Shown: one piece after another, positions 39,256 through 47,972 of the stretch | How positions within the stretch are numbered: the first letter of the stretch is position 1 | Layout of the letters: every line of letters starts with the position of its first letter | DNA from: Truepera sp. | GTDB lineage: Bacteria > Deinococcota > Deinococci > Deinococcales > Trueperaceae | Assembly (NCBI GenBank): GCA_965218435.1 | Contig: CBDCKW010000009.1 | Location: 128,001-192,000 of the forward strand | Direction of reading: 5' to 3' | Length of the DNA stretch: 64,000 bases | The notes under the pieces: generated by a model | What the model was told of the DNA's origin: nothing | Databases searched by the model: none | The model's input: only the letters and a program-made list of their open reading frames with translations | Position numbers and translations under genes: made by a program

Positions 39256-40260
39256 TTAGGGATGCAAGACGATCTTACCGGTGACTTTCGCGTCTTGGAG
39301 CAACTCATGGGCCTTTTTGACTTCGTTCAGCAACAGCACCTGCGCGATTTGCGGTTTAATTTTTCCCTCCTCGAGTAATGCTAAAAGTGCTGTCACATCC
39401 TGGCGAAATCTTTCAGGATGTTTCTTCTTAGCCGCTTCTATCAGGTAGGTCTCGGCGTGTCGGGTATCAGGTCGAAGCTTGAGCCAGAACAACCGAGCAA
39501 CCGACGCTACCAGCGCCAGGGTCGGATTCCTTCCCTGGGACGCTGCGGCCACGTTAAACATCACCAGCGTTCCCTTTTTGGCCAGCACCTTGTACGACCG
39601 TGACAGCTGCGCGCCGCCGATAGGGTCAAAAACTGCTTGTACTCCGTCTGGCTCTAACGCTAGGAGTTCCTTAACGAAGTCTGTACGCTGGTAGTCAAGA
39701 GGCACACCGCCTAACTGCTCGACCAGTTCCAGTTTGCCGGTGCTCGCTGTGCCGTACATGTTGATGCCCATAAGCTGGGCGAGTTGCAGCATTGCCGTCC
39801 CGACGCCACCAGCCGCGCCGTGAATCAGCGCCTTGTCGCCTGCTTTTAGGTGGGCCACCCTTGTCAAGAGTTGGTACGCCGTTGTGTAGTTGAGGATGAC
39901 GCTGACCACTTCGTCCGGCTCGAGGCCCTGCGGAACCGGTATCAGCTCGTGCTCGGGCAGACAGATAAACTGTTGGTAGCCGTCTTTGCCGGGGAGACCG
40001 GCAACTCGGTCGCCGACGTTGTACTTTGTGGCACCCGGCCCTACGGCTTCGACCACGCCGACCACATCGTAGCCCGGTGTCAGCGGATAAGCCGAGGCAG
40101 GGGTACCGATACCCAGACGCAGCATAATGTCGCCGAAGGCGACGCCGCTGGCGAGAATCCGCACTTTGACCTCACCCTGGTTAGGGATAGGTTCTTCCTC
40201 TTGAATGAGCTGAAGGACAGCTACACCACCTGGTTTATTAACAACAACCTTTTTGTTTAT
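39256..40260 (-). CDS. MDR (quinone oxidoreductase-like) dehydrogenase with ATA at the start position
   Basis: PGYDVVG, HGAAGGVG, GKIVL; frame extends to ATA 40260 located 8 nt after GGAG. Confidence 0.82.
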   Translation of the reverse strand: MNKKVVVNKPGGVAVLQLIQEEEPIPNQGEVKVRILASGVAFGDIMLRLGIGTPASAYPLTPGYDVVGVVEAVGPGATKYNVGDRVAGLPGKDGYQQFICLPEHELIPVPQGLEPDEVVSVILNYTTAYQLLTRVAHLKAGDKALIHGAAGGVGTAMLQLAQLMGINMYGTASTGKLELVEQLGGVPLDYQRTDFVKELLALEPDGVQAVFDPIGGAQLSRSYKVLAKKGTLVMFNVAAASQGRNPTLALVASVARLFWLKLRPDTRHAETYLIEAAKKKHPERFRQDVTALLALLEEGKIKPQIAQVLLLNEVKKAHELLQDAKVTGKIVLHP

Positions 40261-40326
40261 GCTCGGTTCTCCAGTTTGCGCAAGCGGTGAGAAAAACTGA
40301 GCTGGGTAACGCTCAGGTGGAAGGCT

Positions 40327-41235
40327 TTACGCGGCGTAAGCACTGCTTAGAGCCGCCTCGTCCGCAGGTAGACCAAGCTGCTGTAAGCTGACCTGCCAGA
40401 GCCGTTCTTGCAGCGCCTCATCGTGAGTCACGGGTTTGGTCGTAACGAATTTGTTTTTGTCAAAGAACTTTCCGCTTATCCCCTTGACTTCGGGCGAGGT
40501 CGCCATGTAAACGGACGGAAACGACCCCTGTTCGGGAGTTTTTTGGAGCGGGGTGATCAGCAGGTTGACGAGTTTCTCGACGCCTCTAGTTTCGCGCGCC
40601 AAACCCGTCTTGATTACTCCCGGATTAACGGCGTTGACCGTGACGCCGGTACCGACCAGCCGACGAGCGAGTGCGTAGGTAAAAAGGTGGTTGGCCAGCT
40701 TGGAACGCAGGTAAGCGCCGCCCATGTTGTAGCGCCGCTCGCCCTGCAAGTTAGCGAACTCGAGCGTGCGGGCGTACAGCCCCGAGGCGACGTTGACAAT
40801 GCGGGCCGGTGCGCTCGCTTTGAGTAGGGGTAGTAAAGCTAGAGTCAATCCCATATAAGCCAAGTGGTTCAGCGCCCAGGTGCGTTCAAAGCCGTCTGCG
40901 GTGAGCTTGTGCTCGGAGAAGGTGCCGCCCGCGTTGTTGACGAGAACGTCTAGGCCTTCATGCTGTGCTAAAAACGCTTGGGCTAATGCCCGCACTTCAG
41001 TGGGTCGAAAGAAGTCGGCTAGAAGGTAAGAGACGCTATGGTTGCTGCTCTCTTGCTGCACAAATGAAACTGCCGCCTGAGCCCGCGCCTCGTCGCGCCC
41101 GGTGAGGATCACAGTGAGACCTTGGCGAGCGAGTTCCAAGGCAGTAGCGCGGCCGATACCAAAGGTTCCGCCCGTAACGAGAGCAGTGCGGCTGGGGGCG
41201 TGAGGTAAAGGTGTACTGCGACTAAAGTCTTCCAT
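40327..41235 (-). CDS. SDR (retinol dehydrogenase-like)
   Basis: TGGTFGIG, NNAG, YLRSKLAN, RLWQVS. Confidence 0.9.
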   Translation of the reverse strand: MEDFSRSTPLPHAPSRTALVTGGTFGIGRATALELARQGLTVILTGRDEARAQAAVSFVQQESSNHSVSYLLADFFRPTEVRALAQAFLAQHEGLDVLVNNAGGTFSEHKLTADGFERTWALNHLAYMGLTLALLPLLKASAPARIVNVASGLYARTLEFANLQGERRYNMGGAYLRSKLANHLFTYALARRLVGTGVTVNAVNPGVIKTGLARETRGVEKLVNLLITPLQKTPEQGSFPSVYMATSPEVKGISGKFFDKNKFVTTKPVTHDEALQERLWQVSLQQLGLPADEAALSSAYAA

Positions 41236-41265
41236 TTGTTACTCCTTGGTCTTCTCTTTAGAAGT

Positions 41266-41351
41266 AAACGGATGTTTTATCCGCTGGGAAAGCTTAACAC
41301 CAAACGGATACTAAATCCGGTTTTATAGAAGACAAACGGATTAGGTGTCCG
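41266..41351. promoter_or_regulatory. Three putative TetR operators
   Basis: AAACGGA-N7-TCCG at 41266, 41302 and 41334 between divergent SDR and TetR genes. Confidence 0.75.
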
Positions 41352-41368
41352 CTTGATAAGCTGGACAG

Positions 41369-41944
41369 GTGGAGCAGCAAGCCCTTCCTTCCGATGATCT
41401 GCGTGTAGACGCGGCTCGCAACCGCGCCCGAGTCCTCGAGGTGGCCCGTGAGCTACTCGAGACCGGGGATGACACCCTGCCGATGAACACCATCGCCAAG
41501 CGTGCAGGCGTTGGCGTCGGGACGGTTTATCGGCACTTCCCTAATCGGCAGGTGCTGCTCGAATCGTTGGCACTGGAAAGTTTTGAAAAGCTCCTCGCCG
41601 AGGCGCAAGCCGCGGCGGACGAAGATTCCGCTATAGGCTTGAAGCGTCTTCTTCACGCTGCGCTGACCTATCAGCTCGAGGACGCTGGCCTTGCCGCTGT
41701 GCTGCGCTCGCCTAAAAACGCCTGCGTCGAGACTTTAGAGCTAAAAAAGGCGACCCTCGTGGCTCTAAACCGGTTGCTCGAGAATGCCCGTCAAGCTGGA
41801 GTTATCCGACCCGACATTGACGCCGACGATTTGCGGCGACTCCTCTGCGGCTTTGAAGTCGCCGTCCGTTTAGGTGAGGCTGACCCTGCTGAAGTTGAGC
41901 GTTACGTCGGTATTTTGCTGGGTGGGTTGCAGCCTCCTCCTTAA
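41369..41944 (+). CDS. TetR-family regulator
   Basis: DAARNRARVL, IAKRAGVGVGTVYRHFP. Confidence 0.92.
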   Translation: MEQQALPSDDLRVDAARNRARVLEVARELLETGDDTLPMNTIAKRAGVGVGTVYRHFPNRQVLLESLALESFEKLLAEAQAAADEDSAIGLKRLLHAALTYQLEDAGLAAVLRSPKNACVETLELKKATLVALNRLLENARQAGVIRPDIDADDLRRLLCGFEVAVRLGEADPAEVERYVGILLGGLQPPP

Positions 41945-41984
41945 AACTCATTTAGCGCCCTAGTGAGTGACCTAAGCCACACCC

Positions 41985-43028
41985 CTAGCGCCAGCCTGTG
42001 ACCTCGTGGCCGCCAAAAACCATGCGTTTAAGGTCATCAGAAAAGAAAATGCCTTCGGGTCTGCTCGCTTCATTCAGTTTCTGTAACTGTTCGCCGGTCA
42101 GATCAACCGTAAGCGACGCCAGATTATCCTGAAGCTGCGCCACTTTACTGGCTCCGATAATCGGCGCTGTAATCCCAGGTTGTGCCGACGCCCACGCTAA
42201 GGCGACCTGCGCGGGTGGGCGCTCGAGTTCTCCTGCCACCTCTTTAAGCGCGTCCAGTATCTTCCAGTTCCGCTCGGTAAATTTGCTAAACGGCCCTTGA
42301 AACGGATTGCCCTTGCTGAGTCTGCCCTCGCCGCTCGCGCCTTCGTCTTGGCGCTCGTACTTACCGGCTAAAAAGCCACCGGCAAGGGGGCTCCAGGGTG
42401 TGATGCCGAGACCCGATTCTTTGGCAGCAGGGATATGCTCGCGTTCAGGGCCACGTTCGACCAGGGAATACTCGAGCTGCATCCCAACCGGGCCGGGGAT
42501 GGTGTGCGCCTGTGCCAAGGTCGCGGCTTTGGTGGCGTACCACGCGGGCATATCCGAAAAGCCGAAGTAGCGAATATGACCGGCGCGTACAAGGTCGCCG
42601 AGGGTTTGCAGAACCTCTTCAACCGGCGTCACCATATCCCAGACGTGCAGCCAGTAGAGGTCAAGATAGTCGGTTTTGAGGCGTTTGAGAGAGCCTTCAA
42701 GTGCCGCGTAGATATGTTTGCGCCCGTTGCCGCCTGCGTGCGGGTTGCCCTTCTGGGCGTTAAAGCCGAACTTGGTAGCGAGGACAATCTCATCACGGAG
42801 GTTGCCTTCGGCGATAAAGTCGCCCAATAATTCTTCGCTGCGTCCGCCGGAATAGACATCGGCGGTGTCAATGAAGTTGCCGCCCGTCTCGACGTAGGTG
42901 TTGAAAATATCTTTGGAAACGTCATCAGCTGAACCCCAGCTGGCGTTGCCAAAGGTCATGGTGCCGAGTGCGAGCGGGCTGACGACAAGACCGGAGTGGC
43001 CGAGGGTACGGAAGTCGGTAAGGGTCAT
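41985..43028 (-). CDS. Aldo/keto reductase
   Basis: LGTMTFG, DTADVY, LATK, PWSPLAGG; AGGAG SD before ATG 43028. Confidence 0.92.
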   Translation of the reverse strand: MTLTDFRTLGHSGLVVSPLALGTMTFGNASWGSADDVSKDIFNTYVETGGNFIDTADVYSGGRSEELLGDFIAEGNLRDEIVLATKFGFNAQKGNPHAGGNGRKHIYAALEGSLKRLKTDYLDLYWLHVWDMVTPVEEVLQTLGDLVRAGHIRYFGFSDMPAWYATKAATLAQAHTIPGPVGMQLEYSLVERGPEREHIPAAKESGLGITPWSPLAGGFLAGKYERQDEGASGEGRLSKGNPFQGPFSKFTERNWKILDALKEVAGELERPPAQVALAWASAQPGITAPIIGASKVAQLQDNLASLTVDLTGEQLQKLNEASRPEGIFFSDDLKRMVFGGHEVTGWR

Positions 43029-43180
43029 AAGGTTCTCCTGAGGATGAAATACTCTGACCTTACCTGAATATGGCAGGTCATATGTTGGTGCTATCCCAAA
43101 AAACTGCTTGCTTTTTGCAACCAGCCAGTGTAGCCTAGCAAAACCGGTGCAGTAGTGCAAGCGGTGAGAGGGAGTTAATC

Positions 43181-43954
43181 ATGCAAACAGCCGTAGAAAA
43201 GAAGTTACAAGGCCAGACTGCGCTCGTCACAGGTTCAACAAGTGGTATCGGGCGCGGCATTGCCTTGGCGCTGGCCGCCGAAGGGGTTCACGTCGTTGTC
43301 AACGGCCGTGACGAGGCGCGCGGGGCCAAAACGGTAGAAGCTATTCGCAGCGCGGGCGGACACGCTGATTTTGTCCGGGCCGATATCGGCAGTTCAGCAG
43401 CGGCGGCGCGTGGACTGGCGGCGGCGGCGACCGAAGTGCTCGGGGGACACCTTGACATTTTGGTCAACAACGCGGGCGTCTATCCCGTTGGACCGACCGC
43501 CGACGTGAGCGACGAGACGCTTGAGACGATGCTCGCTGTTAACGTCCGCACGCCGCACGTACTGGTTGCCGCCATTGCGCCCGCGATGGCCGCGCGGGGC
43601 AGCGGCAAGATTATCAACATCGGCTCGTGGATGGGCTCGCTCGGCATCGGCTACAGCGCCCTTTACGGGGCAACTAAAGCCGCCCTCGAGCAGCTGTCCC
43701 GCTCGTGGGCCGCTGAGTACGGCCATATGGGGGTGCGCGTAAACGCTATCGCCCCTGGCGCGACCCTTACGGGCGGCAACGAAAGTTCGAAAGACGTGCT
43801 CGAGCAGATGACGGCCCCTACGCCCGCCGGTCGCATCGGCACCCCGGCTGACATCGGTAAGGCGGTGGTCTTTTTAGCCAGCGACGACGCTTCGTTTATC
43901 TACGCGGCCACGCTCGCGGTTGACGGCGGCATTGCTGATACGTTACCGAGCTGA
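43181..43954 (+). CDS. SDR oxidoreductase
   Basis: TGSTSGIG, NNAG, YGATK. Confidence 0.92.
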   Translation: MQTAVEKKLQGQTALVTGSTSGIGRGIALALAAEGVHVVVNGRDEARGAKTVEAIRSAGGHADFVRADIGSSAAAARGLAAAATEVLGGHLDILVNNAGVYPVGPTADVSDETLETMLAVNVRTPHVLVAAIAPAMAARGSGKIINIGSWMGSLGIGYSALYGATKAALEQLSRSWAAEYGHMGVRVNAIAPGATLTGGNESSKDVLEQMTAPTPAGRIGTPADIGKAVVFLASDDASFIYAATLAVDGGIADTLPS

Positions 43955-44275
43955 GGCTACCAAGATATGAGATTACCAAGATAGTTGAGGGGTGTGCATA
44001 TCAAAGTAAGGTATATCAACCTTTTCAGCTCTGTTCGCTTACGAAGCGAAAACCATCACCCACGATAGAACAAAACAAATGAAGACCTATTAAGGTAAAT
44101 CCAGGTTTAGAACGATATTAGGGGGAAAACGTGACGAGTCGTTATAAAAATGAATCATAGTGTGAATTTATCCCGACTTTGCGAATGATTATGCGCACAC
44201 CCCTCAGATAGTTCTAGTCTGACCGGGCTCAAAGTAGTGCCCGTCAACAACCAAGTATGCAAAAACGTAAACCAA

Positions 44276-44307
44276 CGCCGTGCAGCGTTTTTTTGCGCTG
44301 CACGGCG
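44276..44307. repeat. GC-rich 12-bp stem-loop
   Basis: CGCCGTGCAGCG-N8-CGCTGCACGGCG. Confidence 0.6.
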
Positions 44308-44411
44308 AGCATTCGGGGGCAGTAGGTCACTAAGACGCCCCCGGTATTTTGCCTAAACTTGTGGCCTGAAGTCTCTGGTATCATCATGCAAGTAGTTTAG
44401 AGGGGACCCTT

Positions 44412-44783
44412 ATGAGTGACAAAACCAGGTCGGGCTGTCCGGTCAGTCTCGGTCTCGACATCTTCGGCGATAAGTGGACGCTGCTGATTGTCCGTGACCT
44501 GATGTTCCGGGGCAAGCGGCATTTTCGGGAGATACTGGCTTCTGATGAACATATCTCTTCAAACATCCTGACTGACCGCCTCAAGCTGCTTTTAGCCGAG
44601 GGCATCATCGCCAAAACTGAAGACCTCAGTCACAAGCAAAAAGTGGTTTACAGCCTCACTGAAAAAGGGATTGACCTGCTGCCTATCTTGGTGCAAATTA
44701 GCAACTGGAGTTACAAACACCGTCCGGTTGCTGAAAAGTATTTGGGTGACCCCTCGGCGGGTGAGCAGACCGAACCCCAGTAG
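44412..44783 (+). CDS. HxlR-family regulator (possible premature stop)
   Basis: SGCPV, GDKWTLLIVRDL, YSLTEKG; frame continues WDDIAEQLHKTHL after TAG to 44849. Confidence 0.85.
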   Translation: MSDKTRSGCPVSLGLDIFGDKWTLLIVRDLMFRGKRHFREILASDEHISSNILTDRLKLLLAEGIIAKTEDLSHKQKVVYSLTEKGIDLLPILVQISNWSYKHRPVAEKYLGDPSAGEQTEPQ

Positions 44784-44978
44784 TGGGACGATATAGCCGA
44801 GCAACTGCATAAGACGCACCTGACAGATGATGAACAAGCAGCGTCATGACCTTATTTTGATTTTGGTCACTACGCTGCCTATGTATATAGACGAAGTAAA
44901 CGGTTTGAGTTTACGGCACCGGAGCGTCCCTAGCTGCTTGACGCGTCACCTTTCGGCGTGTCGCAGTTTACTTTACGC

Positions 44979-45869
44979 CTACGCTTCTACCAGGGCATCC
45001 TCCACCGGCTTCAGCCATGTTGAGAGTAGTGTCTCGGACAGTTTCCACAACCGTTCTTGCGCCTCTTCGTCGTAAGCGACGCGGTTGGCTCGCGCTACCT
45101 TTTTGTTGGCGAAGTACTGCCCGGTTACACCCGCAACCTGCGGCGAGGTGGCGAGGTAGAGGCTGGTCTGTGCGCCTTGCGTTGGGGTGAGCGAAGCAGG
45201 TTTGAGGACGTTGTGCAGGAGTCTGTTAAAGCCAGTCGTATTGCTGTTGAAGCCCGAATCAACCAAGCCCGGATGCACCGAGTTGCTGGTCATGCCCGAC
45301 CCCTTCAGACGGCGCGCGAGCGCGTTGGCAAACAGCACGTTCATCAATTTGCTTTGAAAGTAGGCAGGCCAGCCGGAGTAGCGCTTTTCGAACTGAGGGT
45401 CATTCCAGTGCACCGTGCCTAAGCGATTCCCGGACGAGGATACGCTCACCACCCGGGCATTTTCGGCAGCCTCCAAGCTGGGGAGGAGCAGATTCGTCAG
45501 CAAAAAGTACGTCAGATGATTAAACGCAAAGGTCATTTCAAAGCCGTCCACGGTGGTCTGACGCTCATCGAACAAACCACCGGCATTGTTGACCAAGACC
45601 TCGAGTTTTGAGTACTTGGTGCTAACTTCTAACGCGACGCGGCGCACGTCGTCCATACGCGACAAATCGCCGAGAAACAGCTCGAGCGCGTCGTTCTTAG
45701 TCTCTGCCCTTATTTCCTCTAAAACTCGTTGACCTTTCGCCGCATCTCTCGAGGTGAGCAGCACGCGGTAGCCCGCTTTAGCCAGCTCGAGGGCAGTCAC
45801 TTTACCGATGCCGTTGGTTGCGCCCGTGACCAACGCAGTTTTTTGTATTGGAGAACTTGTGAGACTCAC
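44979..45869 (-). CDS. SDR (retinol dehydrogenase-like)
   Basis: TGATNGIG, NNAG, YFQSK, RLWKLSE. Confidence 0.9.
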   Translation of the reverse strand: MSLTSSPIQKTALVTGATNGIGKVTALELAKAGYRVLLTSRDAAKGQRVLEEIRAETKNDALELFLGDLSRMDDVRRVALEVSTKYSKLEVLVNNAGGLFDERQTTVDGFEMTFAFNHLTYFLLTNLLLPSLEAAENARVVSVSSSGNRLGTVHWNDPQFEKRYSGWPAYFQSKLMNVLFANALARRLKGSGMTSNSVHPGLVDSGFNSNTTGFNRLLHNVLKPASLTPTQGAQTSLYLATSPQVAGVTGQYFANKKVARANRVAYDEEAQERLWKLSETLLSTWLKPVEDALVEA

Positions 45870-45953
45870 GTTGAACTCCTTTGAACCCTGGCATGAGACC
45901 CGCTTACTAACCCTGTTTTGTTTTTATGGCTAATCATACCTCTCACCTCAACG

Positions 45954-46006
45954 AATACTTGCGCCCGCAAGCATCTTACTACTTGTTGCTTGCGGGCGCA
46001 AGTATT
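45954..46006. promoter_or_regulatory. Paired putative MarR operators
   Basis: Perfect 20-bp inverted repeat AATACTTGCGCCCGCAAGCA / TGCTTGCGGGCGCAAGTATT; each arm is CTTGCG-N2-CGCAAG; abuts -10 TAGACT. Confidence 0.78.
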
Positions 46007-46017
46007 AGACTGACTAG

Positions 46018-46515
46018 ATGTCGCTTCCCCCTTTTCCTTCTTCAGATGGTGCGTTTTTGTATGGTAAAGACGGTAAAACCGCCTGGTTTGGACTGATCTA
46101 TGTTCAGGGACAGCTGATTAAAAGGGTAGACAAGGCCATTCGTGCGGAGCATGACCTGCCTCTTTCGTGGTTCGAGGTCATCTTGCGCCTCGCGGGAGAG
46201 GACAATTTCGTGTCAATTTCAAGCATTGTCGAAACCGTCAGCCTGAGTTCGAGCCGGGTGTCACGGGTGGTCGAGGGTCTCGAGCGGCATGGCCTCATCA
46301 AACGCAGGCAAGGAGAATACGACGCTCGCGTCAGCGAAATCGCCTTAAGCGAAGCGGGTATCGCCTTTTACAAGGCTGCTGACGCGACCCATCGCCGCGT
46401 CGTTAATGAGTACTTCCTTGCTAAGCTCTCGGCAGCAGAGGCCGAGGTCATTGCCCAGGTCTGGCGGCGGCTGCTGGGTGAGCCGGGTGTAGGCAAACCA
46501 GGTACTGAAAGTTAG
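46018..46515 (+). CDS. MarR-family regulator
   Basis: LPLSWFEVILRL, SRVSRVVEGLERHGLIKR, DAR. Confidence 0.88.
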   Translation: MSLPPFPSSDGAFLYGKDGKTAWFGLIYVQGQLIKRVDKAIRAEHDLPLSWFEVILRLAGEDNFVSISSIVETVSLSSSRVSRVVEGLERHGLIKRRQGEYDARVSEIALSEAGIAFYKAADATHRRVVNEYFLAKLSAAEAEVIAQVWRRLLGEPGVGKPGTES

Positions 46516-46562
46516 CAAGCTACATCACCTCGAGGCTGTTCTGAGCGCACAGTTTGAAACAG

Positions 46563-47537
46563 TTAGGGCACTGGTGCGCCCCTAGCCGCTTCCATCAAGG
46601 CAAACCATTCGGCGCGGTCTAAAGTCACGTCGTCGGCTTTAACCGAATCGGCGATACGCGAGGCTTTGTGCGTCCCTAAAATCGGCTGAATCCCCGCCGG
46701 ATGCCGTAACAGCCAGCCGAGTGCAACCGCCTCTTTAGTCGTGTTTTTCTGCTCGGCCAGTTCTGCAATCAGCTGGGCGACAGCCCGAACGTTTTCAGGC
46801 TCGTCGGGGCCGGGATCAAAGAGGCGTCCGCCCGCGACCGGCGACCACGCCTGCACGGTGATGTCGTGCAGGCGGCAGTACTCTAAGACGCTCTGCGTGT
46901 TGGCAAACGTCGCAGTGGGCAAGTTGACCAAGACGCCGTTACTAATCATGTACGAATGTAAAAGGTTAAGCTCGAGCTGATTGACGACCAGCGGCAAATC
47001 CAAAGATTTTTTGAGCAGTTCGATCTGCATGGGGCTGTGGTTACTTACGCCAAAGTAGCGCACCATGCCGTTTTTATGCAGGTGTTGCGCCGCCTTCGCC
47101 ACTTCTTCAGGTTCGACCAGCGGATCAGGTCGGTGAAACGCGAGCAGGTCCACGTAATCCGTGCCAAGCCGCTTCAAGCTGCCTTCAACGACTTTAATCA
47201 GATGCTCGGAAGAAAAATCGTAACGTCCCGGTGGGCCGTAGTCAGGGTCGGAACCGATGATGATTCCGGCTTTTTCTTGCAGCACGAGCTTTTCACGCAG
47301 GCCGGGATTTTGCTTTAAGGCGTACCCGATCACCTCATCGGATTTGCCCAGCGTATAGATGTCGGCTAAGTCAATATGGTTGATGCCGTGTTCATACGCC
47401 GCCGTTAGGAGCGTATTGGCGCGGTCTTTAAGGTCTTGACTGACCGGGGTTTTGTCCCAGCTGCCGCCGATATGCCAGGTACCAAAGGCGATCCGGCTGA
47501 CCTCGAGGTCGGTTTGAGCAATTTTATAAGTCTTCAT
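46563..47537 (-). CDS. Aldo/keto reductase (YdhF-like)
   Basis: DLADIY, HRPDPL, GVSNH, QAWSP, WLLRHPA; start at ATG 47537. Confidence 0.9.
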   Translation of the reverse strand: MKTYKIAQTDLEVSRIAFGTWHIGGSWDKTPVSQDLKDRANTLLTAAYEHGINHIDLADIYTLGKSDEVIGYALKQNPGLREKLVLQEKAGIIIGSDPDYGPPGRYDFSSEHLIKVVEGSLKRLGTDYVDLLAFHRPDPLVEPEEVAKAAQHLHKNGMVRYFGVSNHSPMQIELLKKSLDLPLVVNQLELNLLHSYMISNGVLVNLPTATFANTQSVLEYCRLHDITVQAWSPVAGGRLFDPGPDEPENVRAVAQLIAELAEQKNTTKEAVALGWLLRHPAGIQPILGTHKASRIADSVKADDVTLDRAEWFALMEAARGAPVP

Positions 47538-47972
47538 CTGTGCTCCAGTCTCGCTCCACCAAGCCCACAATCTTTACCGGTGAAGCAGTTTTGGAGGAGT
47601 ATACCGCTGCTGAGAATATACAGACCGCGTTAAGTATGGCTGAGCAAGCACAGATACAAAATTGTTTTGAGGAGACAAAAAAAATCGCGCTCATCTCGAA
47701 CGCTTTGATTCCTTTAGCTTACACCCGTATGCGTTATCTGTCAAGATTATGCACCGTTAACCAAATAAAAGTCTGAATACCTTTTAGAACTTCTGAAGAA
47801 CATCGCCCTAACCCCGCTTTGACGGCCCTAAACCTGACAAAACGAGTCTTTGACAGGATTTATTAAGACCTTACCTGAACTCGGCCCTAGCTAACGCAAT
47901 TTGGGAGAACGGTTTCTAACTCCTCTATACGTTACACTGGTCTAATAATTAGCTCTAACCCAGGAGGAGTTT

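Noticed and set aside
43955..44400. AT-rich spacer as a hidden gene
   Set aside because: No ORF of 60 codons or more and no recognisable motif; probably decayed DNA.
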